Positions 14,263-26,849 of a stretch of DNA of 64,000 nt are shown here, piece by piece. The DNA lies in assembly GCF_018977255.1 (NCBI RefSeq), contig NW_024704742.1, positions 84,756,001 through 84,820,000 of the forward strand. Reading direction: 5' to 3'. Within the stretch, counting starts at the first letter, position 1, and the number at the start of each line of letters is the position of its first letter. Source of the stretch: Callorhinchus milii (taxonomy: Eukaryota). The notes beneath the pieces are model-generated. The model was not told the origin of the DNA. It was given only the letters and a program-made list of their open reading frames with translations, and did not search any database. A program made the translations under genes and the position numbers.

Positions 14263-14378
14263 AATTAGCTAACAATGTACTGTTATCTTTGCAAATAATC
14301 ATATCAATGGCCTATTTCTTATGGAAGAGATTTTGATAAATAATTTCTGATATTTATGCATGCAAAATGGAGTCCTGT

Positions 14379-14698
14379 GGAGTCCTGTAGCTCAGTGGTT
14401 AGAGCACTCGCTTTGCAAGTGAGAGACCTGGGTTCAATTCCAGGCAGCGCGAAACCTTGGGCAAGTTTCCTTACTCCACACAGAGCCTAATAATAATCCC
14501 TCCAAAACCAAAAAAAATAATAAATTGGTCATTTTCAATCTACGACTGTTTGTGGGACATTGCTGTGCGCAATTGGCTGCCGCGTTCACCCACAAATATA
14601 CAGTCAATTCACTTTACAGTGTATTCTGTGAAGCACTTTGGGACGTCCTCCCAACGTGAAAAGCGCTATATCAAATGTAAGGATTATTATTATTATTA
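14379..14698 (+). mobile_element. tRNA-derived SINE
   Basis: ggagtcctgtagctcagtggttagagc head to (att)n tail. Confidence 0.9.
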
Positions 14699-15136
14699 TA
14701 AAATTCTATTTTCTAAATGTCTGTATATTTATTACAAAATATATTTGCGGAAACAGAAATATTGACAAGTTAATATATTTTCTATTGTTCTTTTAAATGT
14801 AACAGGCAAAGACATGATTGAAAACCAGTGAGATTGCAGTACCATATCAAAGGCAGTTGCATCATCTTAACTGATGGTGGAAGTTCTAAAAAGAGCCAAA
14901 ACAATAGCCAGAACTTACATGATGAGGTACACGAAGAGATGATTGTGGGATGCAAAAAGGTGCACAGATTTAACCAGGCCTAAACTTATATCTGTTTAAT
15001 AAAAATGAAAACTTTTTTTAAAAACAAGCTCTAAAAAAGGAAACATAATTCTATCAGTATTTAGTCTTGTGTCTTAATTCCAGTTTAACTCGAGTCAGTT
15101 ATGTGAACCCACTGGCTCCTATCCTCTTGTCTATAC

Positions 15137-15244
15137 CTATAGCTGTGTCCAGGTCACACATCATTAGAAGATCACGGACTGTCACCAAAAGATGCAGAAG
15201 TGCTGCATGTTTATACAATTGAACTTCTTTTTGATCACTCCTCC
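15137..15244 (-). CDS. SHOC1: SHOC1 coding exon 15, [26 protein letters not shown]
   Basis: ttctag|GG ... G|GTATAG, 108 nt; very close to the recalled human motif. Confidence 0.95.
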
Positions 15245-15384
15245 CTAGAACAGAAAATATATAAGTGGTGTTTACACATCAGAATAACTTATATTAAGGC
15301 TGTGTCAATGGCTCAGTGTATTTATCCAATGCTCAGCCACACGGATCAGGAAGATGCCACATTTGATCCCCAGTCTGTGCTGTA

Positions 15385-16145
15385 ATAACTCACGTGACCT
15401 CCTCAAAACCACACATACTGGCCTGCTTCACGTTCCCCATCTCACCATTAACAGTTGGTCTTCCATCCAAGGCCCCTTTGACTTGCCCCTTCTTCAGGTC
15501 CACCTCAAGACCTTTCCCTTTGACTATGTTTTCGTCCATGTTTTCCCCCACCACTCCTTGTTCTCACTCCTTCACCTCCCACTCCCTCAGCCCCCACTCT
15601 CAGTTCGAATCATACGGATCAGTAATATCCCACATTTGATCCCCAGTCTGTGCTATTAACTCATTTCAATTGGAGTAGTACTCAGTGTTTGAATTTGCTT
15701 CCATGCCCTTGAGTTACAGAAGGGACAATCTGTCAGGGCTCTTGTTCCTGACTACCAAACTGCATCATTTTATGGAAATATACATGTGAAAATGTCAGAT
15801 AAAGCCACCAACAGGGTATTTTCTCATAAATAGTTGAGGATAAAATACAAATGAAAATTTGTATAGCTCCTTTCATATCATGAGGATATTTCAAGGCATC
15901 CTAAGGTTTGGACTGAAACTGGGGGTGGGGGCTATGGGGTTGGGACCAAGGGGGAGGGTGGCGGGGGATGAAGATGACTGAAAGTCAAAGAGGAAGGTCT
16001 TGAGGTGGACCTCGGAGTTGAGAGAAGGAGCACGTCAAAGGGATTCTGATGGAAGCCCACTGACAACGGCGGGGAGGGAAATGTGAAGCAGGCCAGTGCC
16101 CGCTGACCAGAGGGAATTATGAGGTTACAGAGATAGGGTGAGGCA
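15385..16145. mobile_element. Two decayed L2 3' fragments in opposite orientation (~15385-15610 +, ~15855-16145 -)
   Basis: aggtccacctcaagacc vs ggtcttgaggtggacct; ctggcctgcttcac vs gtgaagcaggccag. Confidence 0.65.
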
Positions 16146-16435
16146 CTGATTGTGAATTATTATAATAGTTTGTCACAAAGTAGATTTTTTTCAGTTCGAT
16201 CCAAAGATAGAGCAGGTGTTTACTTTAAAGCTATTTTATGCCATACAGAGAACAACAATATATGAAAATAAACATTTAGGTTAAGTCAGGATGCTTTTTT
16301 TTGGTCAACTAAATCAAAAATCATATTTCTTTTCCATTCATTGTCTTAGTGCCTGTTCTACATTTTATTTGTGTTTAAAATGTATGACTTGCCCAGGCAA
16401 ACTTCAACTAGTATGGAAAACATTTTGAGACTAAC

Positions 16436-16612
16436 CTTGTTCAACGCTGTCACTGACTACCTTTTCCTGCTGTTTCATGAAAAACCTACTGTGGTCAAAA
16501 CTGAGTTCAGTAAAGGTCCTTGCTACCACCATGGGAGCAACACAACTCTTTAAATTTTTGAGCACAGGGATTGCAGTAGCCTCCAACAGATAATATGCTT
16601 GGCACTGGCTGG
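16436..16612 (-). CDS. SHOC1: SHOC1 coding exon 14, [11 protein letters not shown]...[13 protein letters not shown]
   Basis: 177 nt, phase 1-1; strong similarity to human SQCQAFCLLEA...KEQEKVVSD. Confidence 0.95.
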
Positions 16613-16919
16613 CTGTAAGAAGGAAAGAAAAAAACATATTTTTAGTGTTTCATTATAAAAATAGACCTCATTTGTGAATTTCATCTGATTATACCGAGAA
16701 ACATTGAATGGTACTGAACACTTTTCATCCACTGGATCTGAGTTTGAAACATTTTTAGACTGAAGTAGTGACAGTGCTCTGTTTTATCCTAATGCTTGTT
16801 TTTGAGCTTGTTTTACCCTCTTTATGTCTTCCCTATTACACAACATTTCCCAAAGGAGAAGAGGCTGACCCGCTTGAAGACATCTATCAATATTTTTCCT
16901 GAGTTGGTAGATGCAGCCT

Positions 16920-17224
16920 ACAACAATAATAATCCTTGCATTTGATATAGCGCTTTTCACGTCTTCTAGACGTCTCAAAATGCTTCACAGAATATACTGT
17001 AAAGTGCATATTTGTGGGCGAAATGCGGCAGCCAATTGCGCACAGCAGTGTCCCGCAAACAATTGTGGATTGAAATGACCAATTTATTATTGTTTTTTTC
17101 TTGAGGGATTATTATCAGGCATGTGGAGTAAGAAAACTTGCCCAGGGTTTCACCCTGCCGGGAATCAAATCCAGGTCTCTTGCTTGCGTGGCGACTGCTC
17201 TAACCACTGAGCTACAGGACTCCA
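16920..17224 (-). mobile_element. tRNA-derived SINE
   Basis: Same family. Confidence 0.9.
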
Positions 17225-17709
17225 CACAAGTGGAGTCCTGTACTCCAAGAGCAAGTTGGAGTAACACCCAATTTTCCCTCCTTCCATAAGGAAAGGTACC
17301 AAGCTTCTGCTCTCCATATGCTCTAAATATGATTACTGCAAAGTTTCCTCACCGATAGTAATATTATGTTTGGCAATTTCAAACAAGTCACTGCCACTGT
17401 CACTGTTTAAAATCTTGGCACAACAAACGTTCAATCATTCTTTACTTAGGGTCTGCAAATGACAGTATATAAAAAGTCTCGGAAACCTGAAGCCCTTCCA
17501 GAAATATGGTCTAGTTGACACTTGCAGTGCAGCATCGTCCTTTAATAGTCTCACCATTAGGGATAATTTTAAGAGGAACACCATTACAAAATTATTTAGT
17601 TTCATATCTTTTTTCTATTTAATACCACTAATTTCTATTTAAAGTACAACAGCAACTTTTTTTTAATTACAACTCTCTTGTTTGACTTCTTTGAAGTCAA
17701 AAGAAAATA

Positions 17710-18086
17710 TAGTAATCCTTGTTTTTGATATAGCACCTTATCACGTCTTTGAGGTGTCTCAAAGCGCTTCACAGAATATACTGTAAAGTGAATTGACTAT
17801 ATTTTACAGGCGAAACATGGCTGCTATTTGCACACAACATTGGCATACAAACAGTAGTAGAATGAGTGACCAAATTATTATTATATTGTTTATTTTTTGA
17901 AGGGATTATTACCCCTGGAAAAGCAATCCGCCAATCGACTAACAACCGGGTTCCTACTTACTGCTAGGTGAATGGCAGCACATGTAGTAAGCGAAACTTG
18001 CCCAACGTTTCACTCTTCTCAGGAATTGAACCCAGGTCCTCTCACTTGTGAGGCGAGTGCTCCAACCACTAAGCTACAGAACTCCA
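17710..18086 (-). mobile_element. tRNA-derived SINE, long form
   Basis: Retains the central cctagcagtaagtagg segment. Confidence 0.85.
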
Positions 18087-19428
18087 ATGCTAAAATTGCA
18101 TTGTATTGAGGGTAGTGTTATGATGTGTGAACAAAACCTGTTCAAAAACATTATCAGATGTACAATTTGTGCTCCTACTGTACCTCATAACAAGCTGTGA
18201 AGTATGTACTAAGTTATACAAGCCTATCAGTTCTTGGCTGTTTTTATGTTGTCTCAGTTCATAAACAAGGTCTTTCAGATGAAACATTCTCTTGGACACC
18301 GTGTTCTGTGTTTCCAAAGACTGCAAGATACTCTAGTCTAAACCATATGGCTATATAAGAAGTTCCAATGTTTTCATTCATTCATTGAACATAATCAATG
18401 GCAAACACACATTCCAAGGAAAGTAGACTTAACCAGATGTCTTTCAAAAAGCTTTGTTTAATCTCAAGCAGTTAAATGTTATCATCTGCAGTGCATATTC
18501 CTTTGTTTATGTTAATTAATAGATCAATCACAGGCCTTGTACTAGATAGCAGACCTAACTAGAAGTTTTGCCTAATCAAATTAACCAGTCATTTGGCAAC
18601 CATTTTAAAAGCTGCAGAAAAATCAGAGTATACTCACTATGCACATTTCAGGAGTGAAGTAAAATGAGCAATGTATCTGAAAGAGTATCGAACGAGTGAG
18701 CTGTGTGTCCAGGGAGAGCTATCTACAGAGACCAGGCCAAAATTATAAGAGACTCCAACAATCCAGTGGAGGACAGTTACTAGTTGGTCATTTCATATCC
18801 AACAAGTGCAGAATTGAACCCTCAGTAGGAGGATGGCAGGTACCAGGAACTCCCTGCGAGCTTCCTAGTGAGCAAAATAGCTCAGTATCAGCTCAGCAAT
18901 GACAGCATTGTCACCATCTTCCTGCTCACAGCTCAGACAAACATCACTTCCATTGAGTGATGAATATTTAAATCATTATATACAGGGATAATAAGAAGTT
19001 CAGCTAGTTTGATAAACTAGCATTTGAATAAGCTGCTTCCGAATTTACCATTGCAGCTCTACACCTGATGCCAACAAACAAGTTAAATTAAAATTCTTGC
19101 TGACATGAAGTTAATAGGGCAAACTCAGCTCTGAATCTACAACAAAAATGCCAAAGGTACATTGGTCCACTCTCTTATATACTGTTCTATTTGTTGTTTT
19201 GATCCGATATAATGCAAGGAGCAAGGATCAGACTAAAAATAACATTCCAAACATAAAATGAATAACAATGTCAAAATTGTGGTATTCCTACATGCATTTT
19301 ATCCATATCAGGCATGTCATTAAAATGTGTTTGGAAATAGCACACTAAAAGTCAGTTTTCAGAGCTTGAAAATGTTCCTTCCTAAGAGAATTTAACATGG
19401 CAGCAACCAGAGCTTTTGATCTGAATAC

Positions 19429-19548
19429 CTGATGCTTGAACTTCTATCAAGTTACTACTTAAATCCAACTGATCAGGTTTCTTTGGTGAAGCTGTTACCA
19501 ATTCACTGCTCACTGCAATGTTGCAAGCATTTTCATCTGCTTTTGAAA
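19429..19548 (-). CDS. SHOC1: SHOC1 coding exon 13, ...NLIEVQAS
   Basis: 120 nt, phase 1-1; resembles human VIEIQAS. Confidence 0.87.
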
Positions 19549-20053
19549 CTAAAATATAAAACAAAGGCAATTCAAAACGTTAAACAGAAAATAAACAATT
19601 TTTCAATAAATAGGTCAAAAACATTCTTTTGTGAAAAGCACAAAAAAATTAAATTCATGTATCTCAATACATGAAATTCTCAAGGATTGACTTTGGGGAT
19701 TCTCCTTACTTCACAGGTTTTTAATGTAAAATGCGTATTGTAGAAAAGTATAGCAACTGATTAAAATCAACAGATTCAAAGCTTATTTTAACCAGTGAGA
19801 CAGTGATGAAGTTGTGCATTCTATTGCTAAAACAATTGATATTTTAGTCAGTGTATAGTAATGCTGTGGTTAATTAATTGTGGAAAATAATAACCAACAA
19901 TTATACTCAAAGTACTGTTAATATTAAATGAGGAATGATAACTGTTATCATTCCTAGTTACCCAGTAATATAAGTTAACATAATACTATCCATTCTTAAT
20001 TGATTAACTCAAAATTTCCTCAACTGAAATGGGAGAAAGAATTATGTACTCAC

Positions 20054-20356
20054 AGTTGTCTATCTGATTTTCAGTATCACCTTTTGTCTGACAGAGAGTT
20101 GGAATCTGCTTTGACCTTAGCATTATGAAGCTGTTGAGAGGATCACAGTCATCCTGACAAGATATTATCGGAGATGGTTTCACAGTATCATGAAACCATA
20201 AGTTATAGGGAACAGCCAACATGTTCTCTGACTGTAAGGGTAACATTTTAACACCACTGTCCTGCTGTTCACAGGAATGCATTGCTTCATTTTCATGGTA
20301 TGCTTGAATGGCAGTGGTGTTACTCTCAGCAACTAAAGCAGAGTTATCAGAACATT
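20054..20356 (-). CDS. SHOC1: SHOC1 coding exon 12, ...DDCDPLNSFIMLRSK...
   Basis: Strong pyrimidine tract ttccag|AA, donor T|GTGAGT, 303 nt; resembles human DLDLLSDFIMLRNK. Confidence 0.88.
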
Positions 20357-20465
20357 CTGGAAAACAAGAAGGAAATAACTTTTTATCACCACAGTAATTG
20401 ATGACTATGCTCTCATGGGGGGGAAGGTAACCACATCTCCTCAAGAGTTGAGCTGGCTCTAACAT

Positions 20466-20780
20466 GGAGTCCTGTAGCTCAGTGGTTAGAGCACTCGCCT
20501 CACAAGCAAGAGACCTGGGTTCGATTCCCGGCAGGGAGAAACCTTGGGCAAGTTTCCTTACTCCACACACCTGATAATAATCCCTCAAAAAAAACAATAA
20601 TAAGTTGGTCATTTCAATCCACGACTGTTTGTGGGACACTGCTGTGCGAATTGACTGCCGCGTTTTGCCCACAAAAATGCAGTCAATTCACTTTACAGTA
20701 TATTCTGTGAAGTGCTTTGAGACGTCTAGAATACGTGAAAAGCACTATCTCAAATGCAAGGATTATTATTATTATTATTA
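20466..20780 (+). mobile_element. tRNA-derived SINE
   Basis: Same family. Confidence 0.9.
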
Positions 20781-21018
20781 ATGTGACATGCTTGGCAACA
20801 GAATGTCGGAATCGAGCCAACCCTCTGTGGGTCAGGCACATTTGAGGCATTTATAATCTATTCTATAATTTAAGCACCTACCTACAAAAGAATATTTAAT
20901 GCATTGGGGGAAGATTCAGACAAATTAAGTATTAAGATTGAGAAAAAAATGGTTAATTCAAGAATGAGACACACAGTATCATACAAGTACCTATATTTTT
21001 TAAGCATGGTGCACTTAC

Positions 21019-21261
21019 TCTCAAATTGATCCATGGTAACCAATGAAAATTCTTCCATCTTCACAATTTGTAAATCTCTTATTTCGCACTGATCTGCATG
21101 CAGCTCCTCGATTTTGTCCTCTTGCACTCTATTTGATTTTATATATTCCTCCCACAATGCTTTTACTGAAGACTTTGTCACCTCCTCTGGCTGGGCATTT
21201 AGCAGTTCAAAGGTCACACAGACTGGTGTGTGGTGAAAAGGAGGTTGCTTTATTTGAGGCT
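21019..21261 (-). CDS. SHOC1: SHOC1 coding exon 11, EPQIKQPP...MDQFE
   Basis: ttatag|AG ... A|GTAAGT, 243 nt, phase 1-1. Confidence 0.85.
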
Positions 21262-22542
21262 CTATAAAAAGTAAAATACAATACATTTTAAGAATCACAA
21301 ACAAATCAATTGCAAAATATTTTATAGGTCAGACTTTTTCAAATTTAAACTGGTGAAATTTAACTTGCTCCTCTAAATTGTTACTATTACTGCAAACATA
21401 AGCAACATAACGCTATCAAGGATTTAACCATAGAACTGAATTTATGACTCCTTCTGCAAATTTGTAAGCAGCAATATATTATAGCAAAGGTTCACTTTTT
21501 CATCACCTTTTCATTCATTTCTGCATAGCTCAACACATGTACTTTAATAATAATACTTAAATGTAATATAACACCTTATCATATTTTCAAGATGCCAGAA
21601 ATCGCTTCACAGAATATACTGTAATTTGACTGTATATGTTGTGGGCAAAACGCGGCAGCCAATTGCGCACATCAGTGTCTGACAAACAGTCATGGATTGA
21701 GTGACCAAATTATTTTTAAATCACCTTATTGCATTGGTGTACTTGTTCCTGCTTTTGGAGTATTGGAATAAACTAAATAATATTCTGTAAAAATAAGGCA
21801 TCTTTTAAATTTCCTCTTACTAATCTCAACCTTGGTAATGTGCCTTGACTTTTGACTTAAGATTTCTGAATGAAAATAATCTCTTGAATAGATTCGGCTT
21901 AATGGTTTTGAGTGAAACAAGGTTATTTATTTACTTGGTTGCTGCGTGTTTTCTTTTAAAGGCTAATGTTGAAATGATTCAAAGACTGGTTTATTTGGAA
22001 TTTGTTTCTGTCCATTATCCACTGTTGAAATCTTTGTTTCCATTGAACCTTATTGTTTCCTTCGATTGTTTTCACAAAAGTTTTTTTTCTCTTTGTGTTC
22101 TTGTTATACTGTAAGTATTCTTACTCAAATTCATACCCTTCCTTTCCTTATTATTTTCATGGATGAAGGCAAATGTGACATATTTATGCTTTACATAATG
22201 GAAAATGTTAAGTTAAGTAATTGCTCTGAATTTTAAAAAGGTTAATTACTCCATAAACATGTGGAAAACGTATGTTTTTCAAGGTTCAAGATTGTTGCTT
22301 ACGGGAAACACATTTAAATGATTAGATAAAGAAACAAAAGGAGGCCAGTGGTTGGATGTATTTATTTTCTTTCAAAAATAAAATAGTAATTTGTAATTCT
22401 GACGTGGGTAACGATTATTTTTGATTAAACATTCTGTTTTGACAGTTTGTAATCTTGACAAATACAGTGTGTATATCCGATTTAGTGTTTAAGTGATTTT
22501 TTCCCCTTTTATTTACTAGCAATATAATTTTAGGAACTTTAC

Positions 22543-22637
22543 CTCCCAACATCAGAGCTTCAAAAGATCTGAGGACATTTTCCGATTGCCTGATTTGAAC
22601 CTCCAGTAAATAGTTTTCTGTGCTGGATAAAAAGCTA
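22543..22637 (-). CDS. SHOC1: SHOC1 coding exon 10, SFLSSTENYLLE...EALMLG
   Basis: TAGTAG acceptor, donor G|GTAAAG, 95 nt, phase 2-1. Confidence 0.8.
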
Positions 22638-23161
22638 CTAAAAAAGCAAAAAACAACAGGATATTTTGTTTCTGTAATATCGAACGAAATGCGCATCCTT
22701 CAAAAATTTGTCTCTGTAATATCGAACGAAATATGCATCCTTCAAAAATTTAAAATAATGTAGAAAATAAATTGGGAACCGAATTGTACAATATTTCCAA
22801 AGGAAGGTAAAAATAACTAAAATGAAGCTCAAAACAGAGCTATACTTATATAGTTAGGAGGAACAAGGTTATCAGGTTAGGACTGTCGAAAAGAAAGTAT
22901 TGCCTCATGGGATATTGGGAATATCATCTTTGTATATGTAAGCTAAATGAATGACAAATGATTTAAGCTGTAATACAAAGAAACCAACATCACCGATTTC
23001 CTGAAAACATAGTGAATGGGAAGCTGGTGACATCAACTGTCATTTCTGCAAAGGAGTTATAAAAGCTTCTACAAGAAAGTCTTTAAATCATAGAAAAACA
23101 TGAATCAGGTTTGTTCAAAATATGCACAGAAATTATCCTTCAATAAATACATTATGCCTAC

Positions 23162-23291
23162 TCAATTTTTACTGGAGAGAGTTCCTCCTCTTGTAGTGCT
23201 TTGGTTGAGAAAGTCACTTCCATATGATCGGTTGAACATGGAGGAGTCAATGGAGTTTCTACTTCCAAGTTGCTAATCGTTTTACAGCAAA
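23162..23291 (-). CDS. SHOC1: SHOC1 coding exon 9, ...LEVETPLTPP...LSPVKI
   Basis: ttttcag|TT ... GA|GTAGGC, 130 nt, phase 1-2; resembles human LEMPLTP...LSPVCKI. Confidence 0.87.
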
Positions 23292-23344
23292 CTGAAAACA
23301 CAATTCATGACAATATTGGAATTCACCGATTTTAATTCACCCAT

Positions 23345-23985
23345 TTCCCCAGTTATCCTTCCTCCCCCACATCCGGTCCCTGACCAGCACAACTTTCTTC
23401 CACCTCCGCCACATTGACCACCTCCGATATTACCTCACCCCAAAAGCTGCTGAAACCCTTGTCCATGCCTTTGTCACCTCTCGGCTGGATTACTCTAACG
23501 CCCTCCTCACCGCCATCCGGCATTCTCAACCGCACCAAACTTCGTACCCCGATTACTCCAGTCCTTGCCAATCTCCACTGTCTCCCTGTCACAGAACCGA
23601 TCAACTTCAAGATCCTCAGTCTAGTGTTTAAATCCCTCCATTCTTTGGCACTCCCCTATCTCTCTAACCTCCTCTCTCCCCACAGCAGTACCCGCTGGCT
23701 CCGCTTTACTGCGTCCGGCTTGCTCTGCATTCCCCGAATCCTCTGCTCCACCATCAGCGGCTGTGCCTTCAGCCATTACGCCCCAAAACTTTGGAACTCC
23801 CTCCCTCAACCCCTTCGCCTCGTCCCCTCCTTCCCCATCTTCAGGTCGTTTCTGAAGACCTTCCTTTTTGACTGATTCTACCATCACCTTCCCCCTTCCC
23901 CAGGCTCGGCCTCGGCCATTGGTAAGCGCTCTGAGATGCCGCCCAGCATGGAGGACGCTATATAAATGCAAGTTGTTGCTGTTGT
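23345..23985 (+). mobile_element. L2 3' fragment
   Basis: ORF ending LWNSLP...FRSFLKTFLF; L2 tail. Confidence 0.88.
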
Positions 23986-24014
23986 TAATTAAAACAGTCA
24001 ATCGTATTTTTATC

Positions 24015-24450
24015 AGCCTGGCTCAGTGGTAGCATTCGCACCTCTGATTCAGAAGGTTGTCAGAAGGGCTCAAGCACCAGATCAGGATTTTGACCTCAAA
24101 TCTAGGCTGACACTCCATGCAATAGTGGGTGAGTGCTGCATTGTTGGAGGAGCCATCCATTGGTTGAACCAAGGCCCTGCTCGTCTGTTTAGGTAGATGT
24201 TAAAGTTCCCATAGCACTACTCAAAAAGAGGAGGGAGTTTCTTCTCCTGTCCTCGCCAACAATCCCACAGATACATTTAGTTGTGGCTGTTTGTGGAAAA
24301 TTCCTGTGCGCAAATTGGCTGTTACGTTCACTTACAAGTACTGTAGTCACTATATTTAACATACTTCACAGGAAAGTCCTGTAAACTAAAGCACCTTGAG
24401 ATGTTTCAACAACTTGATAAGGCACTATATCAAATATGAGGATTACTACA
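24015..24450 (+). mobile_element. Old Deu-domain SINE (SacSINE/AmnSINE-like)
   Basis: tRNA-like head, gtgctgcattgttggagg...aaccaaggccc Deu-like core, L2-type tail; further copies ~33200-33325, 39495-39850, 53710-53960, 54410-54500. Confidence 0.75.
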
Positions 24451-24492
24451 ACAGGATAACATAAGGCAGGCACTGAATAAAATATTACCTAC

Positions 24493-24609
24493 CTGGATCA
24501 ATAATATCCTGTGTGGCTTTAATAACTGCTTCATTATCTTTCAATGAATAATTTGTACTGTCACAAAATTCAGAGATTTCCAGATCCATCATAAGCTTAG
24601 TTTTGAAAT
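24493..24609 (-). CDS. SHOC1: SHOC1 coding exon 8, DFKTKLMMD...DIIDP
   Basis: ttaaag|AT ... G|GTAGGT, 117 nt open, phase 1-1; weak similarity. Confidence 0.75.
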
Positions 24610-24997
24610 CTTTAAGAAAGAACATTTGGTCAGTCTTACATAAGTCAGTCTATTTCTCTAATTGCTAAATTGTGGAACTGTGTAATTCAGGGTAGATTTT
24701 TATAACGTGCTAACCTCAGGAGCATTCTTTTACTGTTTGGTTTAAAGTTGCAGGTAATAAATCTTACACCAACTGGTGTGACTGATTGACTTACTAATGT
24801 TTACAGCCACCACAACAATGAATCACATGGTTGCATTCCCATGCCATACATTTTCTTCAGTCAGTAAGAAAAAATGTTATGGGTGTTCCCTGATCGTTAT
24901 CATGAACTGATGTTTGGAGGGCATGAATGGTTCAGTCATATTCTGTCAGGTCTTGCTTCCTTCCTGAGAAATGGGTTTCTGCCAAATGGTCAGACCA

Positions 24998-25690
24998 AGA
25001 ACAACAACAACTTGAATTTATATAGCGCCCTCCACGCCGGACGGCGTCTCAGAGCCCTTTATAGTAACGGATCCTAGGACCAAGCCAGGGGGAGGGGGTG
25101 GGAAGGTGACCAAAGGCGCGGTCGAAAAGGACTTCAGCAGAGACCTGAAAATGGGAAGGGAGGGAGTGAGACGAAAGGAGTGAAGAAGGCAGTTCCAGAG
25201 CCTCGGGGCATAGTGGCTGAAGGCACGGCCGCCGAGGGTGGAGCAGAGGTCTCGGGGGTCGAGGAGGAGGCCAGACCCAGAGGAACGAAGGCAATGGGTA
25301 CTGTTTTGAGGAGAGAGGAGGTCAGAGAGGTAGGGGGGTGCGAAGGAATGCAGGGACTTGAATACAAGGGTGAGGATCTTGAAATCGATCCTCTCTGGGA
25401 CAGGCAGCCAGTGCAGTCTGGCAAGGCTGGGGTGATCGGGGAGTGGAGTTTCGTGCAGGTGAGAACGCGGGCGGCAGAGTTTTGTATGAACACATTCAGA
25501 GCAGGGTAGTTATTTTTAAATCTGTTTTCAAATCTCTCCAATCGTGCCTTTGGTCGCCCTCCCACCTCTCTGGCTTCCCTTACCCCTACACCACCCCTCT
25601 GCCATGCTCAGGCCCCGACACCTGACTGTTCAGCACTTTGAGACATCCTCCCGACGTGAGAGGCGCTCTATAAATGAAATTTTGTTGTTT
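24998..25690. mobile_element. L2 3' fragment (-, ~24998-25490) plus short L2 tail (+, ~25520-25690)
   Basis: Close match to the 13648-14262 subfamily. Confidence 0.85.
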
Positions 25691-25999
25691 TTTATCAATT
25701 GCGTAAAATGGACATGCCTACCTAGGTCAGATAATAACAGATTACATGATATTTGCATCAAAAGTGCCTCTAAGCACTCCAAAATGATACCTCATGGGAA
25801 GGACATCATATAAATGCAAGTGAATATTTTTGTATATATAGGGGATATTACACAATCCCATACATTTAGGAGCATAGCAGACAGTGCTGCTGGAGACATC
25901 ATGTGTAATATTGAGTCCAGTTTTGGTAGCTCAACTTTGTGGGTAAATGTGGTTGGAGGGCATCCAGTGATTATTCACCCTCATCTCCAAATATCTCAC

Positions 26000-26156
26000 C
26001 ATTATTTATAATCACTTCTGGTGATTGAATTCCTGACACATCTTCTGCCATCAGATGTAAAAGTTCTTTAAGTTCTGAACCATGTGGGGATCCATGTGTG
26101 ATCCATTTAAACTCCATTGTGTTGCAAATATCCAGTTCAACAGGCAGCATCCAGGA
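26000..26156 (-). CDS. SHOC1: SHOC1 coding exon 7, SWMLPVELD...SELKELL...
   Basis: tgacag|TCC ... G|GTGAGA, 157 nt, phase 0-1; SELKELL as in human. Confidence 0.87.
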
Positions 26157-26512
26157 CTGTCAAAGAAAAGATATCTTATTACTATTTTTTATTTATTGAT
26201 GCTTGTCCCATTTTTATTATTTAGACTCCCCAAGTCCATGCACACCACCTGCTAATCATTCACAATCCCCATTATTTATCCCCATGCTATCCACTGCTAT
26301 GAAATATCACTCGTCATAATTCAGAATTAAACACCTAAAACTTAAAAGACAATTTATTGTACACAAATATGTAATGTTTCATTGCAACAAAATACCTTTT
26401 TAAAATGTTCCGATCTCATGCTTTAAACTTAAATTGCATTAATACAGCAAGCAGAAATAAAAAAGTTATCTAAAGCATAGAAGCTATGATATCTATGTCT
26501 ATCAAACCTATC

Positions 26513-26833
26513 ATAATAATAATAATCCTTGCATTTGATATAGCGCTTTTCATGTCGGGAGGACGTCCCAAAGCGCTTCACAGAACACACTGTAAAGTGA
26601 ATTGACTGTATATTTGTGGGCGAACGCAGCAGCCAATTGCGCACAGCAATGTCCCACAAACAGTCGTAGATTGAAAATGACCAATTTATTATTGTTTTGG
26701 GTTTTGGAGGGATTATTATTAGGCTCTGTGTGGAGTAAGGAAACTTGCCCAAGGTTTCGCCCTCTGCCTGGGAATTGAACTCAGGTCTCTCGCTTGCAAA
26801 GCGAGTGCTCTAACCACTGAGCTGCAGGACTCC
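26513..26833 (-). mobile_element. tRNA-derived SINE
   Basis: Same family; near-identical to the 14379 and 62330 copies. Confidence 0.9.
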
Positions 26834-26849
26834 CTAACCCTAACCCTAT

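Noticed and set aside
14457..14765. Recurrent small ORFs ending KRYIKCKDYYY
   Set aside because: Translations of the same SINE tail
20466..20540. tRNA-Ala-like sequences (many copies)
   Set aside because: They are SINE heads continuing into SINE bodies and tails, not stand-alone tRNA genes
20004..20672. 222-aa ORF apparently fusing SINE sequence to SHOC1
   Set aside because: A strong in-phase acceptor at 20356 explains the coding part; the upstream openness is incidental
22994..23068. Possible extra phase 2-2 SHOC1 exon
   Set aside because: Open, but no similarity to recalled SHOC1 and exons 9 and 10 already join in frame
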